A program made the position numbers and the translations under genes. DNA of 64,000 bases from an uncultured virus (IMG/VR IMGVR_UViG_2806310815_000005) (Duplodnaviria > Heunggongvirae > Uroviricota > Caudoviricetes): the IMG/VR virus record IMGVR_UViG_2806310815_000005; one strand, given 5' to 3'. Positions 58,834 to 64,000 of the stretch are shown here, piece after piece. Positions within the stretch are counted from its first letter, which is position 1, and each line of letters begins with the position of its first letter. The notes below the pieces were generated by a model. That model saw nothing but the letters and a program-made list of their open reading frames with translations. It did not search any database and was not told the origin of the DNA.

Positions 58834-59365
58834 TTTTATAAGTCGTTTTTGCCGCTTCTGCTACGGTAGGGTTATATCCTAGTATTTTCTTTGTTCTTTT
58901 AAAGCAAGATTCCCAAATAATATCTAAACTCTTCTCTTTTATATGTTCAACAGATGCGTGAGCTAAATGTAAAACACCTTTAAAACCTACTTTCAAATAA
59001 TATTTTTTAGGTAATTTTACACAAAACAGAAGTTCTGAGTGAGGGGTTTGTCTAGTCTTGACGTGGCTTTCTTTACCGAAATATTGAACCCAACTAACAC
59101 CATTTTCTCCTTTATACCTTAGTCCTGTTGTATTTTTAGATGTAATATCCTCATACATACCTCTATCTAAAGCCCATTGTTTAACTTCTTCCATAGACTT
59201 ATTTTCAAAAATATAAGATACAATATAAGCATTTTTTGGTACTGTAATTTCTGTTGGATTGAATATTCTTTTCCACCCTATTTTATCAGGATCTCTCGCC
59301 ATAATAGTTGCAAAAACACATCCTGTTTTACCTTGCCTTATATATTTTAAATTTTCATCGTTCAT
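58826..59365 (-). CDS. hypothetical protein (179 aa)
   Basis: ORF track; GCVFA near the N-terminus; TATATTTG immediately upstream (59370-59377). Confidence 0.6.
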   Translation of the reverse strand: MNDENLKYIRQGKTGCVFATIMARDPDKIGWKRIFNPTEITVPKNAYIVSYIFENKSMEEVKQWALDRGMYEDITSKNTTGLRYKGENGVSWVQYFGKESHVKTRQTPHSELLFCVKLPKKYYLKVGFKGVLHLAHASVEHIKEKSLDIIWESCFKRTKKILGYNPTVAEAAKTTYKNG

Positions 59366-59378
59366 ATTACAAATATAA

Positions 59379-59585
59379 CTATAATAAGTTTAAATACTGT
59401 GAATACCTTGTTAAAAATTTAAAGTGATTTATAGATTCAATAGCTTCTTCTTTTGATTCGGGGAATTTATAACTACCTATAATTTTTCCGCCAAAAATAT
59501 AGCCTGACGCTAAGAATATATGCATCTTAGTTATACCGTCTTGGTTATAAACTTTTTTACTGTCTTTTCTTATTTGTTGCCACAT
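59379..59585 (-). CDS. hypothetical protein (68 aa)
   Basis: ORF track. Confidence 0.5.
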   Translation of the reverse strand: MWQQIRKDSKKVYNQDGITKMHIFLASGYIFGGKIIGSYKFPESKEEAIESINHFKFLTRYSQYLNLL

Positions 59586-59700
59586 TTTTATAATTATTTA
59601 ATTAGATAAGCACTTAACCAATTACACTAAAGCGATACCTGCAAAGAAAGCGAATATTATCCAAGCACATCCTATATTTTCGTAGTATTCGTCTGGTTTT

Positions 59701-59985
59701 TTACTCATCTTTTAGTATATTTAAAATTGATTCTTTATCTACACTGTAAAGAGTCTTTCTGTCGTAAGTAGGCGTTCTTCCTGCTCCCCAACCTATAAAA
59801 ACCTCTTTTTTTGTTTCTTCTGTTTTAACTTTAGCATTATCCGCCGCCAACTCTAACAAATCTTTTAACATTTGTTTTACTGTTTCTTTTTCATAATTAA
59901 CAGGATACATACCTTTAAAAACTTCATTATTTGGTATGTATTCAATTGCTTTATATTCATCTAAAAAGTCATCCATTTTCATCAC
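59701..59985 (-). CDS. hypothetical protein (94 aa)
   Basis: ORF track. Confidence 0.55.
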   Translation of the reverse strand: MMKMDDFLDEYKAIEYIPNNEVFKGMYPVNYEKETVKQMLKDLLELAADNAKVKTEETKKEVFIGWGAGRTPTYDRKTLYSVDKESILNILKDE

Positions 59986-60227
59986 TTTGCAAATTTAATG
60001 TATTGTTTTAAAAATGTTTTACCAAGAGGTTTTTCCTCCTCCACATTGAAGAAATACACCTCAAATATTTCTTCGTCTCCTAAATTAACCGCAGTTGTTA
60101 TTAGTGGATGTGCTGTTTTAGTCTCAAAATTGTAGTAGGTGAAATCGTCATCACCACCCCACTCTTCTTTTGTCACCTCTGTTCTCTCAAATCCTAGCTG
60201 TTCTAGTTCTTTTGCTGTGTACTTCAA
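59982..60227 (-). CDS. hypothetical protein (81 aa)
   Basis: ORF track. Confidence 0.55.
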   Translation of the reverse strand: MKYTAKELEQLGFERTEVTKEEWGGDDDFTYYNFETKTAHPLITTAVNLGDEEIFEVYFFNVEEEKPLGKTFLKQYIKFAK

Positions 60228-60402
60228 CTTCCAATATTTTTATATAATTACTGTTTAAATTTTTATCTTGCATCACTTTAAGCAAAGATAACAAATCTTC
60301 TTCGTTTCCGAGCCTAAGCCAGTCTAAATATTCGTTAAAATCCATATCTCCAATAATATTTAGTGGATTGGATATTAGCTGTTCGTACTTAGTGTTTATC
60401 AT
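60187..60402 (-). CDS. hypothetical protein (71 aa)
   Basis: ORF track. Confidence 0.5.
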   Translation of the reverse strand: MINTKYEQLISNPLNIIGDMDFNEYLDWLRLGNEEDLLSLLKVMQDKNLNSNYIKILEVEVHSKRTRTARI

Positions 60403-61108
60403 CTATTTTTGATTTTACTAATTTTTTTAGTTTTTCTTGCCAAGTAAAATTATATTGCTTACCGTGAGCTTGCCAGCTTGTTTGAGACATAACATCATTT
60501 AAACTAAGACAAGGTTTATTGTAAAGTACATATTCTTCTGCGGCTTTTTTAGTTGAGAAATACCAATTTTTAGCAGGAATGTAGAAAACATCGATATTGT
60601 TTATTTTATAGTTAGCTATTTGGTAATTATATTCTTTACTTACCACCCAACAAGAATTACCTTCAAAAACATCAACCCCATCTTCAGTTGTGAATAAGCA
60701 CTCTCTAAAATGCTCAATTTTATTTATACTAATTCCGCCATTACCGCCTAAAGCTAACATTTGTTCTCCGTTACAATCTAATTTAAAACCACTTATAGTA
60801 AAAGTATTAGTTTTACAGTTTGGTTGCTGCACTTTATCACTGACACAAAAACAGACAGAATCTGATAATCTCTTTACTTTCGTTACCACTCTAAAAGGAA
60901 CTCCATTTGAAATACCTTGAGGAGTATGCATATAATAGTTTAACACCTCGTAATCTCTGTCAACTACCTCTTCCCAATCCTTACTATTATGCACTACCCA
61001 TAAAGGTATTTCCCAACCATCTTCGCTAGAAAGACCTACCAAACCTTCTTTGTTCAGAGTAAGTACTTCAAAAACTTTTCCTGTTGGTATATGTCTATAT
61101 TTTTTCAT
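60389..61108 (-). CDS. hypothetical protein (239 aa)
   Basis: ORF track; first gene after the promoter at 61132-61139. Confidence 0.65.
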   Translation of the reverse strand: MKKYRHIPTGKVFEVLTLNKEGLVGLSSEDGWEIPLWVVHNSKDWEEVVDRDYEVLNYYMHTPQGISNGVPFRVVTKVKRLSDSVCFCVSDKVQQPNCKTNTFTISGFKLDCNGEQMLALGGNGGISINKIEHFRECLFTTEDGVDVFEGNSCWVVSKEYNYQIANYKINNIDVFYIPAKNWYFSTKKAAEEYVLYNKPCLSLNDVMSQTSWQAHGKQYNFTWQEKLKKLVKSKIDDKH

Positions 61109-61149
61109 ATTTCTTATTTTTAATTACACTACAAATATAAAACAAAAAA

Positions 61150-61171
61150 CCGCCCTATAAAAATAAGACGG
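61150..61171 (-). terminator. terminator after the helicase, overlapping the next promoter
   Basis: On -: CCGTCTTAT-TTTT-ATAGGGCGG then TTTTTTGTTTTATATTTG. Confidence 0.7.
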
Positions 61172-61198
61172 CTAAAATTAATAATATTTTAACAGATA

Positions 61199-62320
61199 TC
61201 AAAAAGGCACTTCATCTTGATCATCATCACTCTTAACAACAGGATCATCAAAAGCTACATCAGGAGTAATAGGTGTAATATCCTTATAATTATTTTCTTC
61301 TGTTTGTCTTGGTTTTGCGCCAAATGTAGGAGTTTTTATAGATGGTGTTGAGAAGCTGTTGTTACTAGAGTAGCCTTCTACCTCATTTCTCTCAAAAACC
61401 CTTTCGGCAAATACATCTTTTGTGTCTTTTATATCCACACCTCTCCTTTTAAGGTAAAAATAATAAGCGACTCCTATAGGATCAAAACTATCAGTGTTAC
61501 TGCCTTCTATTTTAAAATCTTCTAACCAAGGATAGGCATTTTTACTAAATACCATAAATTTATCATTTAAGTGCATTCTCCAAGGCATTACTTTCACATA
61601 GAGTATATCGCACAATTTGAAAAATTGCCCACTCCCGTACAGATCAGACTCGATGGGTTTATGATTTTTAGGATTATCTATCCTCTTAAGAATATCATCG
61701 TTCAATTGGTTTAATATTATAAAACTAATAAACCAGTGCATATCTTTAAGCCTGTTAATTTGTGTTAAAAAAGAGTCTACTGAAGATTTTTGACTTCCTT
61801 TAGTATCTAGTATGTTTTCTAAGTTGTCAACAGTAACTACTATTTTTCTATCAGGGTATTGCTCTATTAGCCAACTAACATCCTCAAAAAACTGTTCAGG
61901 TGTTACAGGTTCGTTTTGATAATACACATTATCATTTCTATGGACTTCGCAGACCTCTCTCAATTGCTTCAAGTCTTCCACAGTAGGGTTATTATAAAGA
62001 ACTTCATCCATAGTTTTACCCGTCTTTTGGCAAATATCTCTTACAAGTATTTTAAAAAAATTCAATTCATAGTTGCCATTCATAACAACTACATCAGGAT
62101 TGTTAGACAGTATGTGCCTTTGTATCCTTTCTAGGTCATATGTTTTCCCAGAAAAACTACGAGCAGCTATACCAACGATCAAAGAAGGGGTTAGGCCGCC
62201 TAAACAACTTTTATCCAAGTGATCTATGCCTGTGGAAATAGGTTTTATTTTACCTGACTGAAAATCTCCTATTAATTTTACTGTTTTATTTGTAAGGTCT
62301 GTGCTTTTTTTTAGTGGCAT
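61199..62320 (-). CDS. dnaB: DnaB-like (SF4) replicative helicase (373 aa)
   Basis: ISTGIDHLD...GG; Walker A ARSFSGKT; Walker B VTVDN; ILNQLN; SDLYGSG; acidic tail ending DEVPF. Confidence 0.85.
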   Translation of the reverse strand: MPLKKSTDLTNKTVKLIGDFQSGKIKPISTGIDHLDKSCLGGLTPSLIVGIAARSFSGKTYDLERIQRHILSNNPDVVVMNGNYELNFFKILVRDICQKTGKTMDEVLYNNPTVEDLKQLREVCEVHRNDNVYYQNEPVTPEQFFEDVSWLIEQYPDRKIVVTVDNLENILDTKGSQKSSVDSFLTQINRLKDMHWFISFIILNQLNDDILKRIDNPKNHKPIESDLYGSGQFFKLCDILYVKVMPWRMHLNDKFMVFSKNAYPWLEDFKIEGSNTDSFDPIGVAYYFYLKRRGVDIKDTKDVFAERVFERNEVEGYSSNNSFSTPSIKTPTFGAKPRQTEENNYKDITPITPDVAFDDPVVKSDDDQDEVPF

Positions 62321-62324
62321 ATAT

Positions 62325-62873
62325 TTAATCTGTTATTTCTACTTCCCAATTATACATTGCTTTATATACTCTATCATCAATTTTATCTTTCCATTTATCG
62401 GCCACTTCCTTAATATGTTTTTCTTTTGCTTTTTTATACGCTTGAAAAGCTTCTTCTGGTGTTTTAAAATAGCCTAAATGAGTCTGAGTATAACCTATAT
62501 TTATTGTAGCTCTGTATTTTTTATTTACTTTCACTACGCCCTTAAAATATTTCGATTTCTTTTTATTTCCAAAAATTTTATTTATTTCTTGAGGAACAAA
62601 ACAGCAAAATTTAGAATCATATACAGTATTACCTTTGGCTAAAATATCCTTATCCAAATGCCATCCTTCCATATATTCAGGTTTGTAATTTTCTTCAAAC
62701 CATCTACTAAAATTACTAATACGCAACCAGTCGATGGACACAATACAATTTTTATAATTCTTGTGGCGATAACACCTCTGTAATATGTTCATCCACAAAT
62801 CATATATAATAGGTGTAGTTTTTTCAACATCTATGATCCCTCCATATCTATTCCCTGTACTTTTTATTGACAT
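62325..62873 (-). CDS. HNH-like/AP2 homing endonuclease (182 aa)
   Basis: W.NILQRCY...LDKDIL..GN..Y...CCFVPQEIN, then AP2-like GV...HLGYFKTPEEAFQAY. Confidence 0.8.
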   Translation of the reverse strand: MSIKSTGNRYGGIIDVEKTTPIIYDLWMNILQRCYRHKNYKNCIVSIDWLRISNFSRWFEENYKPEYMEGWHLDKDILAKGNTVYDSKFCCFVPQEINKIFGNKKKSKYFKGVVKVNKKYRATINIGYTQTHLGYFKTPEEAFQAYKKAKEKHIKEVADKWKDKIDDRVYKAMYNWEVEITD

Positions 62874-62926
62874 ATATTTAAAAATTCTCTCTTATATTCA
62901 TTATTAATCTCTTCTAAAATGATTTA

Positions 62927-63145
62927 TCATAATATATCAGTTATATAATCTAGCTCTCTTATAGCATCATCATACTCATCCCTAAGCTCTTTTGGTACAC
63001 GTTTTACACCTAACAATTGTTCTAAAACTTTTGGTGCCTTATATGTAATATAACTATAATCAGTGGTCAAATCTCTAGCTTGCTGTAACAATTCTTCTAA
63101 GTCTTCTTTTTTACTCATTTTTAGTAATTTTTCTAGCTTTTTCAC
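62927..63145 (-). CDS. hypothetical protein
   Basis: ORF track; the start may be the internal MSKK. Confidence 0.55.
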   Translation of the reverse strand: MKKLEKLLKMSKKEDLEELLQQARDLTTDYSYITYKAPKVLEQLLGVKRVPKELRDEYDDAIRELDYITDIL

Positions 63146-63377
63146 TTAATTCTCTTAATAATCTGTTTGTCTCTCTTTGATACATTTCAGCACACTCCGC
63201 AATAGTAGGTGCAGGATACTCCATATCCTCAAAACCACTACTACTATCGTTTGAATCAATTAATTCCCATTTATCCGTAGGACGATCTGAGTAGTAGTTT
63301 ACCCAAAGTTTGTTACATTTGTAGTCAGGAAAAGTTTTCTTAAAGTCTATTGCTTGTTTAGGTGTTATTCTTTTCAT
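63111..63377 (-). CDS. hypothetical protein (88 aa)
   Basis: ORF track. Confidence 0.55.
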   Translation of the reverse strand: MKRITPKQAIDFKKTFPDYKCNKLWVNYYSDRPTDKWELIDSNDSSSGFEDMEYPAPTIAECAEMYQRETNRLLRELSEKARKITKNE

Positions 63378-63389
63378 AACTTAAATATT

Positions 63390-63755
63390 TTAAGATACTG
63401 TATTATAACCACCGCCATAATTATACATACTCCTACAACTACCATCACAAAAACATACCCCACCACCTCTAAAACAAAACGGTTTAGTTTTTATATTTTC
63501 TTTAATTATTTTAGTTCCTTCTGTATTTAGAGCATTCTCTAACCTTTTATAGGATTCTTCTTTAGTTTCTACAGTTTCTATTATTTGCCAATTATTTTTA
63601 AAGTCTTCTATAATGTACCTACTACTTACGTCTGTATCTAAATTACGTATTACACAAGAAGTGCTTGTCATTTCTACAACCTTACCTTTAAAAGGAGTAC
63701 TGTGTGATGATTTTTTACCTTTAAAAATGTAAATATATTGATCTTTAATTTCCAT
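63390..63755 (-). CDS. hypothetical protein with C-terminal Cys cluster (121 aa)
   Basis: ORF track; CFRGGGVCFCDGSC. Confidence 0.55.
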   Translation of the reverse strand: MEIKDQYIYIFKGKKSSHSTPFKGKVVEMTSTSCVIRNLDTDVSSRYIIEDFKNNWQIIETVETKEESYKRLENALNTEGTKIIKENIKTKPFCFRGGGVCFCDGSCRSMYNYGGGYNTVS

Positions 63756-63942
63756 AATTCTCTAATTGTTTTATTTGTTCTTCTGTCAAATGTTCTTTGT
63801 ATCGTTCTAATACTTCTGCGGCGGGAAGATACTCAACCAATTCTCCATTATTGACTCCTAAACTTCCACCACCCTTACTATCTTCACTATAAGGGTCAAT
63901 ACCAACAATGTATTTATCTATTAGCTCAGCTTCTCTATCCAC
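63745..63942 (-). CDS. hypothetical protein (65 aa)
   Basis: ORF track; GTG start. Confidence 0.45.
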   Translation of the reverse strand: MDREAELIDKYIVGIDPYSEDSKGGGSLGVNNGELVEYLPAAEVLERYKEHLTEEQIKQLENYGN

Positions 63943-64000
63943 CTGTTTTCTTATTTTAGTATCACCGTATTTATCTAACCAATCTGTTATTGGATTATTC

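Noticed and set aside
53823..62320. Inteins or introns in the polymerase, primase or helicase
   Set aside because: The ORFs are continuous and of normal length, with no intein splice-junction motifs seen.
63745..63942. YIVGIDPY resembling a terminase nuclease motif
   Set aside because: The ORF is only 65 aa, has no other terminase motifs and lies outside the packaging module.
1..64000. Stop-codon reassignment as in some crAss-like phages
   Set aside because: Genes up to 7 kb are open in the standard code, and TAG and TGA serve as stops at tight gene junctions.
1..64000. CRISPR arrays, tandem guide arrays, tRNAs, reverse transcriptase/DGR
   Set aside because: I saw no regularly spaced nucleotide repeats, cloverleaf or RT motifs; repeats are protein-level only. 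Reading by eye could miss a diverged tRNA, so tRNAscan-SE should be run.

Overview
This is a 64 kb segment of an AT-rich, standard-genetic-code dsDNA phage of Bacteroidota (probably Flavobacteriia), with a crAss-like podovirus layout. The host call rests on recurrent TTTG-N~20-TAnnTTTG promoters. The + strand (1-39680) carries a partial spanin-like gene, tail fibres/spike, ring-like and muzzle-like tail proteins, a GIY-YIG endonuclease, a transglycosylase-bearing protein and giant putative cargo/ejection proteins. A short + strand block (39767-42466) includes an intact TnpB-only IS200/IS605-family element that splits a small membrane-protein gene. The - strand (42618-64000) carries a DnaB-like helicase, a primase/PrimPol, a family A DNA polymerase, a UDG-like protein, an Hsp20-like protein, three more endonucleases and a cluster of nucleotidyltransferase/AEP/phosphoesterase genes. 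The most notable observations are: (1) two unrelated endonuclease genes share a near-identical promoter followed by a two-hairpin leader with complementary loops; (2) a candidate virion toxin domain paired with an antisense, separately promoted membrane protein; (3) the TnpB element, whose empty site, TAM and guide can be reconstructed; (4) a recurrent box/terminator/promoter cassette. All product calls come from motif recognition by eye; no database searches were run.
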